Shown piece after piece: positions 62,201 through 64,000 of a DNA stretch of 64,000 nt. Position numbers and translations under genes: made by a program. Every line of letters begins with the position of its first letter. Within the stretch, counting starts at the first letter, position 1. The DNA is from an uncultured Planctomycetia bacterium (GTDB lineage: Bacteria > Omnitrophota > Gorgyraeia > Tantalellales > Tantalellaceae): the NCBI GenBank assembly GCA_964572255.1, contig CAZNEE010000003.1, forward strand, positions 118,539 through 182,538, read 5' to 3'. Below the pieces are notes generated by a model. That model saw nothing but the letters and a program-made list of their open reading frames with translations. It had not been told where the DNA came from and ran no database searches.

Positions 62201-64000
62201 CCTTGGTAAGTCTTAATCGAACATCACCGCCGGTTCCGGCAAGAATATATGCGCTGTACTCCTGGCCAAAAAGATTTATTACACCGAAATTATCAGGGTC
62301 ATAATCATAGTTCCATCCCCATGTTCCGCCGTAGCCAAAGGGATCCGGCCAAAATACATTTACCCCGTAATACACTGCATTACTGAAATCGACCGTTACA
62401 ACTTCTGTTCCGTAAGTGAACACCCATCTTGGGTAATCGTTGCTGCCGTAAGTCTGAAAATCGACCTGATACGTGCTTGGAAAGAATCCAAAAATACTGT
62501 CTTCATCATAAAACGTATGCAGTTGAAGTCTTTCATAATCATCGGGGTAATCAGAGATATACTCGATCTCGCCGGTTATTATGTCATTATCGCTTGAATC
62601 TTTTACTCCTATGACATTTCCGTCATCATCGAAATCAAATTCATAACCTTGCGCGGAAAATTCAACCAGTTTCGCGAATTCAAGCTCGATGTTATGGGCG
62701 TTCTCAAGTATCACGACATCGCCCGTACTGTTTTCGGTAATTATGGGGTCGGTATTAAATGTTATTGATCTGCCTGTCCCCCAATCTACCTCTATTTCAA
62801 CAGAGGAGGTATAAAAATTATCATCCTCGTATGTATTGCGTTCAAGGATCCTTGCATCGTGCCTTATCCCGCCTCCGCCTCCCGCAACTACAAAATTACT
62901 TCCGGTAGCAGGCCTGTCCACCTGATAACGAAGCATATCGGGACCGTTGCCTTTAAAATCTTCTCCCGGATCCGAATCATCGTTGAAGTTATAATACATT
63001 CTTAAGTCCTCTTCGCCGAAATCAACGCCATTCTCAAATTCATCCTCAGCCCTGCCTCCCGGGATAAAACCGGAGTCGCTGGTATAGAAAGCAACCTCGC
63101 CTAAAATACCTTCAAACGCCTGACCGCCTTCAAATCCGCCGCCCACGCTATCCTGGTCCTGTCCGAATACAAGCGTACCGCCGTTATTGATCAAAGCCCC
63201 TGTTTTAAATCTGCCTCCGTATTCCTTTATACCATCCACGTAAACTTCCAGATTATCCCAATCCGGAACCGTAGTGTTCCACCACCTTACCATTACGTGG
63301 TGCCATTGGCCGTCATTGACATCCACGCCCGTATCTCTTGAATCATTATCAATATGGATCCTCAAGTTATTACTATTATAGATCAGAAATTCATTGGTAT
63401 GGCCCGGTACAGCATAAGAGATTATGCCGTCACTACTGTCAGTGGTCTTGATCCAGAACGAACAGTCTAAGTTCCTTATGCCATTTTCTCCAGGCGTCGG
63501 CGGGGATGAATCGAAGAAGCAATCAACTGAACCGTCTGAAATAGCATAGCTGTCCACAGTCCCGTTAAACCCGAATCCTTTTTCAGGTACGCGCGCTCCT
63601 CCCCATGTCACCAAGGTAGGATAGCCATACTTTGTCAGCAGATAATGGCCCTGAAGAGCGGGATTATCTCCTTGATATTCCCTGCCGGCGGAATACGGAT
63701 CCCATCTCCAGGTGTTCAGGTAGTCGGTAAACTCTTTAAAAGTCGCGTTAGCTTCCTCGGGACCTGAAACATAGAAAACATAGTCCTGGCCTGAAAGCTC
63801 GTCAGTGATCGTGTATCTGAAATTACCTTTATATTTACCGCTTGTTATATTCTTTATCTTGGCGGTCGCCAGTGAAGTGCCGTCATTGGCGATGAACTCA
63901 TAAGGCACTCCCGTCATCCTGTCCAAGTCAGTATTAGTAGATGTAGGATAGATGATGCGGTTACCGTGCACATCATATAGTGTGGTTAAAAAAGCGCCTG
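35262..64000 (-). CDS. Gene A: giant (>9,579 codons) surface/membrane protein with internal SecA-like ATPase; 5'-truncated by the window edge
   Basis: Track ORF 35262..63971 starts at an internal GTG. The frame stays open upstream to the window end (GAFLTTLYD-V-HGNR...). TAA stop at 35264-35262. Confidence 0.95.
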   Translation of the reverse strand, partial: GAFLTTLYDVHGNRIIYPTSTNTDLDRMTGVPYEFIANDGTSLATAKIKNITSGKYKGNFRYTITDELSGQDYVFYVSGPEEANATFKEFTDYLNTWRWDPYSAGREYQGDNPALQGHYLLTKYGYPTLVTWGGARVPEKGFGFNGTVDSYAISDGSVDCFFDSSPPTPGENGIRNLDCSFWIKTTDSSDGIISYAVPGHTNEFLIYNSNNLRIHIDNDSRDTGVDVNDGQWHHVMVRWWNTTVPDWDNLEVYVDGIKEYGGRFKTGALINNGGTLVFGQDQDSVGGGFEGGQAFEGILGEVAFYTSDSGFIPGGRAEDEFENGVDFGEEDLRMYYNFNDDSDPGEDFKGNGPDMLRYQVDRPATGSNFVVAGGGGGIRHDARILERNTYEDDNFYTSSVEIEVDWGTGRSITFNTDPIITENSTGDVVILENAHNIELEFAKLVEFSAQGYEFDFDDDGNVIGVKDSSDNDIITGEIEYISDYPDDYERLQLHTFYDEDSIFGFFPSTYQVDFQTYGSNDYPRWVFTYGTEVVTVDFSNAVYYGVNVFWPDPFGYGGTWGWNYDYDPDNFGVINLFGQEYSAYILAGTGGDVRLRLTKAIELPNGETSHVVYADKTFEPSGNIWNPVTVNNKGGIVYQNSSGDGVLHDVFTDQANTTDEYFYDKEISLSHIGYDDRSAMMLQRIDSFGDVRSISIRQTGARGELTDLRTGDPVIIASSGVFTNAEIASQLVDTALAGTAQRNWESTTNTLTENSGYVNYNVEVSDTTDIVTGVCETNFDGSVNLSSLANIQKWSGAQADPTKTLVIVDIPVRGENYSSYIVYDENGQKIFQMETNRPLDYYLLTEYDLTDDAELERLKQWFESGAYAYGTHLYNGIWDASVIDVQFYSVIENDSGFKTVTLDQWKRGIDSDHSRQDSQGVPMNYGGTYLQQTNVIAPSGRALRTDVTKKENLTYIITLPLPPPLDDIDIIAPLTDLQTQYSRMASYDSFGNLMTNGTLTRQGSSDDITLPGFDIGLRMAIITGILNEEYTRLEGLVYDSLGQMVDMSSYSYKNGNFVTTIGLMDMMLTGNDREYVTVTSEQDGRVDDLGRLAGYTVTETKDLERYSPTRDRVERYDDFITVTTVGGILGITPNHSDIEYDSLNEWASFRKITTKFGHFYENKFIADIDPVTDGFQPALLFWAEDTIGPLTYSNAVNEHHLNDNAVNLHGGSEWLVEYPTWRQETYIQRDVVFDEFGRMTGWETYTKDEKESQWADAHTTVRHEDGWIGLDFGDDDYPENLPGIDANNEMIRYAQEERINVSYDVMSRVQGYQQQGDLVFYGGPDGPHSEYIRRIKSAEGSSSSYYYEWVPTKDVLIMEDMAYDSSDHNIGYKQTNITVNKDITVTPSNIEDLPDLVKAQIPEDDRYLTGSYTERLSTVYDDKSGNIKSYTDMSEDMLWTEQWAGEEELAGITGLTSIAKVSDIVYDTNGNKQDFVEVSRDVGFDPLGMEIGNVKIPLARRSTNTTVQKSTLYDESNNPVSWFSYTIGDSVTSEIEIAQVVAYDQNNRPIESLITSTRIERGDDGEIKFITETIRTKTILYDAFGNAIIRETTTITKEETVKESGKVETDTEETVEIEYSKYDEFGRLEKQTTIDEWGQITWAYDYQYDMFGRVKGYTTYSITYEKVDKWENRGYSNLSELAEYYAGLAESTYGLFGSIYSYISQNPTKALGDKIKTLRVLSDIEYNAFGDTLSQTVYTYSKQRVSRKMTAKSKSLEREFFFYGITGVLLRKDIKTLWEKEWVTGKGFMQFIQILLTVIEVVLVIYTAGAATTALAALWATAMVTAAVELVRMEINTAWFGMDHATAFRLWYQGILNSILLSWIGGWFTDKLAAIEKFFTITSTTAKVLFRVIVGLAFISLGRWLLREAEDMSDREGFLGISAQDFYEALGMVAFSLGFQSILSALETALGDSPKPPETATDKLLASSGGQAIQSAGGQYFGVYGTTQFTVGATAYALSKIGTSIISTLGEDWGLNDEQIAVWSLVWGTFVTTFVTQADQTRQLLSEPDRPEMAAMAPKAATPFLMLLTAAAKVGLERYITKRMYELFADFSLGEDEEWHEAAYKESSEKTAFQRMLDIWSGKFAGAFATILSAPKIMEAIAERRVEEHLARTGQTIEQYRTELRLKAAPTEVKAAMFLRNLGEWGMKFAGLIEKGLEMVSTQAAQWFGQQVDALGGWVATLITNALLSTERDVQALLGGTIEMTGAERADALGKYLSQALFAQALNATEGNTELALGIYNQIGDVAEDIVRADPRNVALIKTAQGIIKNAGNNVVQSILQAKNNNSFTGKVAEKAISTMDNLMANNWNILQIAGKSGLTKDQFASVLEGYFDTQRGLNSNLVSVNNSILAGLSNGEEISSGLLAMIESSFQNAVQKTEAGLSLAIAKGVMTRMVALKYVGAVEALMDMDFGKLKGHIGEFKVGDMATMIAGSMMYLSDNLRGLKGAGDVFAALSGAHIKLLNKAGAAGLNEFTMLEIKTSYEYVGKNIDFKNITARNALEIIMADSKFIDSFLNLISVGGFNDDGKFRMLGGWLGLVSSSIGKKTGFMNAFKDQPDALQMIGVAVLAFGQNLEANFAKANSLQFESEKLQGINVIETAFLSSYFEPEGDQVATFDAKTGERISGFDRDQYRLDFMSNMVELFGMDALAKTELGQKTFIGINKEFGEIAAKFSARISEYSAQGKYVSEAATELAAAFDDWELIGGVVERMPEAEVSALQAAVTALRGEIESFAVKDVVDISLTFDEAISGALLYSVFKSLKDQMGDELRDGSIVTINGMKFTVSGNVTQLVADRAAYKTRTTFDAAGGGIANVDAEIWGIQIDEYGMSSAIGRITASDRDLLHTPSDQAINMSGEGAAGAGLPRGKLSQNLTVSLAAGGFYGVTIGENGHAWFIGNSLVLTGNNITFMRGTGAGGYIVDQDSVTVDFDEAGTPIFPDGTKVRHAVTGRAVVFKNLSGIEGGRTTPVFTDSGPAIASIKVILPGHIPGESVTINVTINVVNGEVLFTEENLLGGKQQFAINVKGTEYKLTVQDGGRSLKLAGGAAIETPPQDIKIDGQVVGKSTTKIWGISSLGQVLTTQSIELNVGDKKFAFEINNNKMGKLTLNGFNVQTLMRETNIDLKGLLGNDKAMVEGWLKKMNVQSGVVHFVGGRARFSELPAGGIHDIASNDIYSGEGEGKHLVNFGFDRQVTTVDHMGDTFRAIVSQAKVTYADDLSAEETALAKTLANQAGAVDSTVLTDSAGNAVWTFMGGLDALYNPRTVLIGKGENEGKFYSGNLGVVGSEFISPIRDSVEGITGEGVSDIQIVSWLSNMSDKDRAGTLANVKAGKVTAADIGVILKGTSDAKLDISGFQAFTAIIGMDDKARGDLLSKISKLEPAKDIVIDGEVIGRGTSKMGIYVEMIQGAAAKVGVIADDFGVFMALAGMDEKARFDFVFKADTGQLGITKENISTVISGAEKVGVTVGDFQVFMALSGMSAEARSDMLSVIESGKVTDVQINQVINGANKAGLDMNMEANGFGIFMALVGMDDTARSKILNSINRGEVKTDMVNDVLKGAEKAKVEVNGFGVFMALAGMDAGARATMIGNIKAGKVFEGDISKIVDAAKEIGMEVGGFQAFMALAGMDDKGRAQVLAGAAKVKGEQIDTVMFEAKMRNIEVGEFQVFMALAGMNDETRTKVIDNIFSSRVGYVYDSVIKAAAGAEVEINEFQTLMAIAGMDDDTRSLTWANTRDGKVTKDNVDFAMAKAEGANVKADRFQVFLSLAGMDDKTRTETLAGMGKDTIVNGKRISSADAVKAVINGAKGAKIDMNLEDNGFQVFMALAGMGDESRGNILSSALGAKITSKDIGDVIKFAGEELKLDMTFEKDGFGIFMALAGMGDEQREGALNDITKGLITAKDVNDVIGKATDAGVKTPGGFQVLMALAGMDSKQRGEVLADIRAGEVTKEKVSKVAWGLKGAGTDVGDFQVFMALAGMGKEGRDDLVDNAYSIKKEDVDLVVAKAGKENIKTSAFQVFMALATMDGEKRGATLDNMKNNKVGGRDVKDVINGANNIKGIDMNLEDNGFQIFMALAGMDDELRETTISNARLGTVTDEKVNKVIQGAKVANIEADTFQVFMMLSGMEGDAMSGFLKGIDTAKVTKDDIGKVQGAVNAVNEALGEKAEVVEISNFQIFMGIISSGDKKQFLSRMEALADKDKGGPQTAAEFKTAMNKIIAGSLTQEKFTGEFDTEELSTFGTLMLMASMDEGFNADGSVDSKFFSEMISGRLNKINGYDVVDIFRANNATRAKYNIDNGRPMSLVATILAIAKCDALFDEKDGSFTEGYKAKAVFTELRLEYSSKHHEEYSMTTKVEGKTETVKMENILEESISIANKKELAYGDGKFAEAVLGAFGITEKSAFYQADSNGYKVGQIPLFVQIPGKSAELSGGGRIAVVYQIDQETGEPLKGRMILYQKDQESSIIFTTALKGEGEDLTVLDAATEIGRGEEIESITKYLPSGRVTLTSIKDVIASSQKEGDLKIESIKIMKAASAELDGVDELTTDEQFALEGLLGITKIDYAVKLLGEEDYQDCNIVLDNLVTAAAGGRKMSCIYLKEKNAYYVVTGKEDRLGQTAYSGLKNCGDSLSFDEYAQSWCFSRVAGNEFTNMLRGSGLGEILAEVPDLRASDFIGSIEGSDLKFKLDIKGERLSQIMALYGDGNSIAEIDLGFMRVGKDGVTFHTLELSKNYDSGKTVSVGDYMTRDGEDDTRRLSQWTVAVKGDVTVEGVKVNVSVVLNKIAMQRGDRLATQLFSATCTMVVTEGGMKGAQAVVAMAESLGVEACNIKQLTKACGDNLDAFESFTVQFTPGRTVEKEGKSTSAIFDASQASFSVSGKISYGNLNNDQKVQVDRVVAKKASEMAKATGSAIAHVEIYDCSMTLHSPNKDNIGQVEARAKLTNADGEIKYVYALVEADKKGIFGRITAGVGIVALSIIPVIGPVFLIIATGYAAATVADMVTGEGHNLTDSKNGEITTLVFDNAMHLESISHRHLERGLTHSAKGFEGTVDAAGNIVDATGKRIGSVDGTNNVNVSGDWGCTWVHQVFGNVGTGGLWTARVDFSTITQTFNASLQNGLVNKSTISVSDTAAKYFAENFGFKQLIKNWQEGGFWVKAGYVVAAIILIVGFAVSIPTLLGVGGAAAAAGASVSAATVATVSFLSLTCSASIGIAALAGFGLVLTAAIAGEKYKTEKALNEYLSQKVIFNITVNDLANVLIDAMVMFGLVGPASRALNTVATRIASNILKQTAVRAGFRLAVGNIAKRVYFAVRSGFKFVAKRMGGFGRGLFLNIYRVGARRGAQAFATRVVASLTIAGAASTFVTMGIGMQFGLHAGALLFKPFFGDASMTQIMAKREGILRGIQGMLLQMSTTSGPLMGLVQHLSTPMGWAFIGVFHFAGPVVIHAFGSFLGGVLKTVFKPLANLGRAIGSGIVGSLFGKGPGVAFWSGLRAIGSAIGRGVNMIWDKMIKGVYEEGIKEVIIGKTLFAWMPDEYAEFFVEMFDVASGGMPVHSMRMNTAQKNLNQLNAQVSGSSAAQVSRDFGVSEGDAQQLIFLVNLASTDGVRKLTQGQQNKLGSLLNSVASAKATDNMKVLTKLFNQTSTAAQEAAKRGDNVGTRMADLLNNNRFAEISMTESGQIDFSGIEAIAALDLATTGIATGKMSIADANTFLISNGWGSSIASSITSGISTGAITSNNISRMTNNMMLNASILTSGIDVKSNLMDSRVFVATCVAELIGSVKGNQFLEKLGINTEVIGAFDAMTTEGKTHFRRAVAEQSSELDCTSMRAMENMIIGSQLKADGQNTAKIREIGQKFGIATGQINSLVNRTEKLSKQGAAGVATIGALADLFVSHAGVINMSEFSAQVDTVVDAAIFKSGSIETMYEALSAKGVSAEVVNVAMQDSLVADHIVECLMTPRGEEGLVGGKDAGRVINFAAVAGCTTQAQFDHLLRDIGGREATAGVRLAIRRMDTKEEFTHFSNVFRALNPGMTADSIDSFMEVVKGLVVLMASENTRVMEALIETEGLNNYKSATNKVGAHNTRELWQAIVHRTTGIAAGASYDYILTTLTKSIISGQITAGQLSAAAKLLGIEFRTEDIGAVSDAVQAREIRTEVDNIINEARLARRTAVAKVKDLRALEARIRELGERATEAQLAERRDLENEIKVLEGRAKELEERAETMELEIAPVEFVEIEGISQLTEDNIALLDSKGIRFNEATQRWHDHEALAKGTRKKGDFISAAEVVRLSNKLRIAELTGYRYNDATGRFHDAITGQFVKQATVDDALSAAMLAKVPLDQRLAEALRDRMSDAKSFEGEEMARTQEVLETLGLANAERTGALQLTQREYDAMVDVAQRRSTEIGKFGDVLFRGAMGKMDGLSPTTVKYLKGITELLNGDNIVVRGHEFGSRLTARIPGTVSVRVAAKLSEGKKGFARAWSFIKHWATSSRADIYSAISEGAGGRRENLIDSVDRNFGVFRGRLKAALGIEVAEVESAFTPFSDKNAPTSRGLRQIDRKMRNMDAMWTAYENLMDYQNQASKLEDIEELGQIHEQMLENIKNLDRKGLISRNIFTHVLGWVGIETAGAKARRIASNMNKILTNEKLTAIQKQEALNNLQNKENFIDLFARYRESQKEALFSDYLEEIKQYVARYEGLVNSPVVREYINKLENNIDGARDKAVEEFQLRAGVAETFMQGVFSREISDILIESTREDIGTDSFQNALIERINGLIAENKLDQASQDLVVFAIAAGVSTEAAPATIKGQVDMLKTAIIKLSETIVPGTGIAYEAVLDSLATQLGIDPSVLNDLRSDDAQTSSMAAKNLAIAIARGEITTERIESTINEMRKEELYINILSHIEKNREAIVNVFGTIDIFLEVITSEHGLAKAVNMIQKATLDLAPELRTEFAGKYYDLITMLEKDAAGHIREAMTSEGTVAGALNILASTMRSSVITARETVEAQMKKLEEGKTSLLLKQMVVTIAKGASGMARNVVDTFEIARRLDEGYTIDLLSDMNEIWRYEYGRPKQDKDGFVRLTVVDLAATSLGKEQLFGMLNEMTSKHQEVIKLERQIEELKKRVQEAKTLADIEYYQRELEGKLAEYNKLDTAGFDRAHRIALSSLLLTLATGVFIPYKEQVATVSAMTRKGARTIAELLTGEGKSIVGLMDCYIKALDGKGTIYVDTQDILSERNYRATKNVLERAGLSVGRISRELSQDEKSNEYDKDVVFVAIDTLAFDVDRDFNTSEIESDKRMIRKDLSDLQNMSLVVDEIDSILIDQALTSFIQVEGRDQMDVESSARIIAAHLASVEADYDVSELVEEAQKPKPPTGTRKMGDIIAAVDVAHNSATIYGEKRLDALRLMQKQLGKGFFRSMLMEQLNRSNTPYTEADINNAVSSIRKDIMEEIEFITNNADNEEAIVERMHRGESYVRLMQDAITATRAYREGVDYTVIGGDAVLIQKMIGVQSTGQRLHGTDKASIQQLIEAKELAAGKKVIVKAEGKSSSEINTKNLFGRVFHDVVGMTGTTGRGVEAKALRDLYKFSTQIVPAHAARKRIDMPKLMFSDQEAMLNKVENKIVDAIVHNRQMLLAVDSVQLSEFIEQELFKNEEARSRIENAILERWKDVYGVEYEGTFDLSKKMQLYSAKQQNNKEEIEARASQAGMVTVATAISGRGTDYAIHTLGARHGMQVIALGLNTSQRVEQQLRGRTGREGKKGDTEIYVTLDANSPFSIKNMWDSAIERAKSKGIIWNLTHGRIAAKLTGGLRAFNNMVEKGIEESYEFDEVLDLVQQMKEDEFIQQITANGRSGDLKFDLLNEIRDVQYAKSKEIIELINSIEAPANVVELAANISETSMTNEEAARMLENEIGTPFEADFIDRLRLMEDGTVVEINSDEFRSNLAGVITSIMARESMDHQINDIRKEFFHEATLATNRGDAVAWSKQASAARQQANIAKDKLSNVEVTSETVKDMLDSKREEAARRNSGIEFHSANIRELRENIARIDADIMTAQEAGAEEQVRELQLQKVELLNSMAMALNELKTLDFVRENYYSQEINTAMQEISSLNEALGIVPAAITVVSSQTDLRAPEKATGLAALRERLFGAKMVRVSQTIAGQARQVMDASVAEELLSSRVDAARSEQRVEGVTMPTTENGYMASGINQTSQITDVLNIAMAKGDIAAAKEQKKLIFFGAPDDDNSVLSNRIISLNELLKGEDTSLEEIAQTAALENKVAIVIFSGAADITKPTIMLLNDEDIGILSFLGETGNTGIDKAISGIAGREHGVLSIEGSDFVFASTRDFGASDSGVKILRSATAGESLVLSGRDEFVNYIAGKAGINLDVKSGNVHIGTAVDEDGNRYNASSFLDKLTEEELVTDYTVRPVRDGFLAALFDLLIGSPGAIKRGISSIGRDISRENREKIINLTMRLQNSVPSYLEGVAGVDRYTDVLLNKNAASKARAEALDRLAEIAAGRDKLKEFVEDFDDVMTGDIVGRAISPATALGSLAKAMAHKDKGQLWHAERDYNIALEGLDRDDLIQEAKLALSDIYARTGRVERFSQSLAQIRGLKTISRLFGYIAQMTPKMALSIGAMIAGKGLLSLAGLTVFAVSPWTIIVPAGAALMSGILSKKAGKSLTTSSVADWFSAAFNIPSVQATKARGLKIELAELGNEEAIVSLLSDRKLSGAMHAKAMEAIKATELGVNYLSENEDFFTEVYEDTKKSENVRNFALNKLVEISIAKRKAPEGDIESLEAKRQELQNEIQRLENKFKDQQNALMNKAKEAEAALRTQIQNIQVTLDFATRSYNANVAEFNQLQGAMEHYARNNMAVPQDQIDRLGALKTSLETEKPKIEKMQSNRDELVEELNALPEKTEQDLRNLQESIMTEAGDIRQQLARVESAIEKLEREPAEEAVAEVPPTEAGFAQVGGLMVFSAISVLSLTALAAGLNVALVALIALGTAAVLPVLSKGAQFVSERIKVGVKPVGHAFFAQQFLGTAVQQGKELSDDIKRGITRLGYIGAESVSVDDRFIERLPDNLKGRIITLRQAQRELLEEVGRDIVPEIFDRDLVDMFIGLKTGVVPRAGGINEALFTTDTITSKYDDVKGSLAVTLRNGARKALNSKLLILNNGIRRQIESGDLDMLAKVLVQGTRYTEAGFMFHETTDIVIDKAVQSLSIDELNELSSLMQDRQAVILATKKAELERHLPAIEKIIERAPMEMPEIISPAGLATLIPQIVSDTGLPREFIDGIAMALTRPEIMEAIEDGRIEIDKFRSKIETATSPVELIIALAELFNKAGLFEKTVVPAFDARGDRLFNEDMIRHVAKQAYGIELIRPIIVVDKGMTSKVEGIIADTGIPVTEVEIVEFEEGLTIVEVVNERIEEMKVRPDLRFDSDAAYVAIAVAENTEDLEAIRDHSNKVTKASELFNMLIANTDDENMKGKDALLAAMPIMSVMVRMATKDRVNEMPAGLALACKDMDLIRSMLGGKFNLMPISAIDIMDNIMRFVNSITKTAIAL
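40000..42430 (-). other. SecA-type DEAD motor (NBD1, preprotein-crosslinking region, NBD2) embedded in gene A
   Basis: PYKEQ, IAELLTGEGKS (TGEGKS 42318-42335), LAFDVDRD, VVDEIDSILIDQA (DEID 41985-41996), GVDYTV, QLIEAKE, GMTGT, VTVATAISGRGTD and SQRVEQQLRGRTGREGKKGDT occur in SecA order. Confidence 0.92.
47300..49050 (-). other. Gly/Ala-rich multi-helix hydrophobic block in gene A
   Basis: Examples: ITAGVGIVALSIIPVIGPVFLIIATG; YVVAAIILIVGFAVSIPTLLGVGGAAAAAG...IGIAALAGFGLVLTAAIA; MGWAFIGVFHFAGPVVIHAFGSFLGG. Confidence 0.7.
51150..53980 (-). repeat. Array of ~17 helical ~42-50-aa repeats with core F[QG][VI]FMALAGM[DG]xxxR
   Basis: Counted from the translation, from FQAFTAIIGMD through FQIFMGIISS, with degenerate copies at both ends. 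Nucleotide-level similarity is visible (recurrent GCCATGAATACCTGGAA on the plus strand). Confidence 0.92.
57750..58640 (-). other. Hydrophobic multi-helix block following the YD-like region in gene A
   Basis: FMQFIQILLTVIEVVLVIYTAGAATTALAALWATAMVTAAV; VLFRVIVGLAFISLG; ALGMVAFSLGF; IAVWSLVWGTFVTTFV. Confidence 0.7.
58800..61050 (-). repeat. YD/RHS-like beta-repeat region in gene A
   Basis: Recurrent Y/F-D-x-x-G/N turns: YDSFG, YDSLG, FDEFG, YDTNG, YDESN, YDQNN, YDAFG, YDEFG, YDMFG, YNAFG, set in Thr/Ser-rich strands. Confidence 0.6.
62985..63540 (-). other. Pentraxin/LamG (concanavalin-like) domain in gene A
   Basis: CSFWIKT...IISYA...NEFLIY...DGQWHHVMVRW...VYVDG...GGTLVFGQDQDSVGGGFEGGQAFEGILGEV, which carries the pentraxin GQ[ED]QD..GG.F signature. 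Confidence 0.85.

Noticed and set aside
16-62614. The many short ORFs in the track, mostly plus-strand (e.g. 11406..12188, 36340..37041, 53011..53673)
   Set aside because: They lie antisense to, or out of frame within, the three giant genes, have the Ser/Phe/Ile-rich composition of shadow frames, and show no recognisable motifs.
63969-63971. GTG start assigned to gene A by the ORF track
   Set aside because: The frame is open upstream to the window end and there is no signal peptide or clear RBS here, so the real start is very likely beyond 64000.

Overview
About 99% of this 64-kb window is coding, taken up by three giant co-oriented minus-strand genes separated by two ~0.4-kb AT-rich spacers. 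Gene A (35262..>64000, >9,579 codons, 5' end outside the window) has a pentraxin/LamG domain, a YD-like beta region, hydrophobic membrane blocks, a ~17-copy helical repeat and a SecA-type ATPase motor in mid-chain. Gene B (13817..34858, 7,013 aa) has an N-terminal EreA/ChaN/TIKI-like domain, an internal lipoprotein-type signal, a ~650-aa tandem duplication and a membrane GT2 glycosyltransferase with QxxRW. Gene C (<1..13412, at least 4,470 codons) is missing from the supplied ORF track because it runs off the window. I translated it by hand: the same signal peptide and TIKI-like domain as B, then ACT, a whole PTS Enzyme I, two HEXXH peptidases, three HD domains, and NAGPA-like, GDPGP1/HIT-like and cysteine-less radical-SAM-like domains. 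B and C each have their own sigma70-type promoter. A and B each end in a hairpin array plus terminator and share a similar C-terminal motif. The architecture resembles the giant genes of Omnitrophota (host-dependent or predatory nanobacteria), but that taxonomy is inferred. The leading hypothesis is a giant-protein surface/delivery system with a built-in SecA motor and modular enzyme or pseudoenzyme cargo. All domain calls come from manual motif recognition, not database searches, and domain boundaries are approximate.
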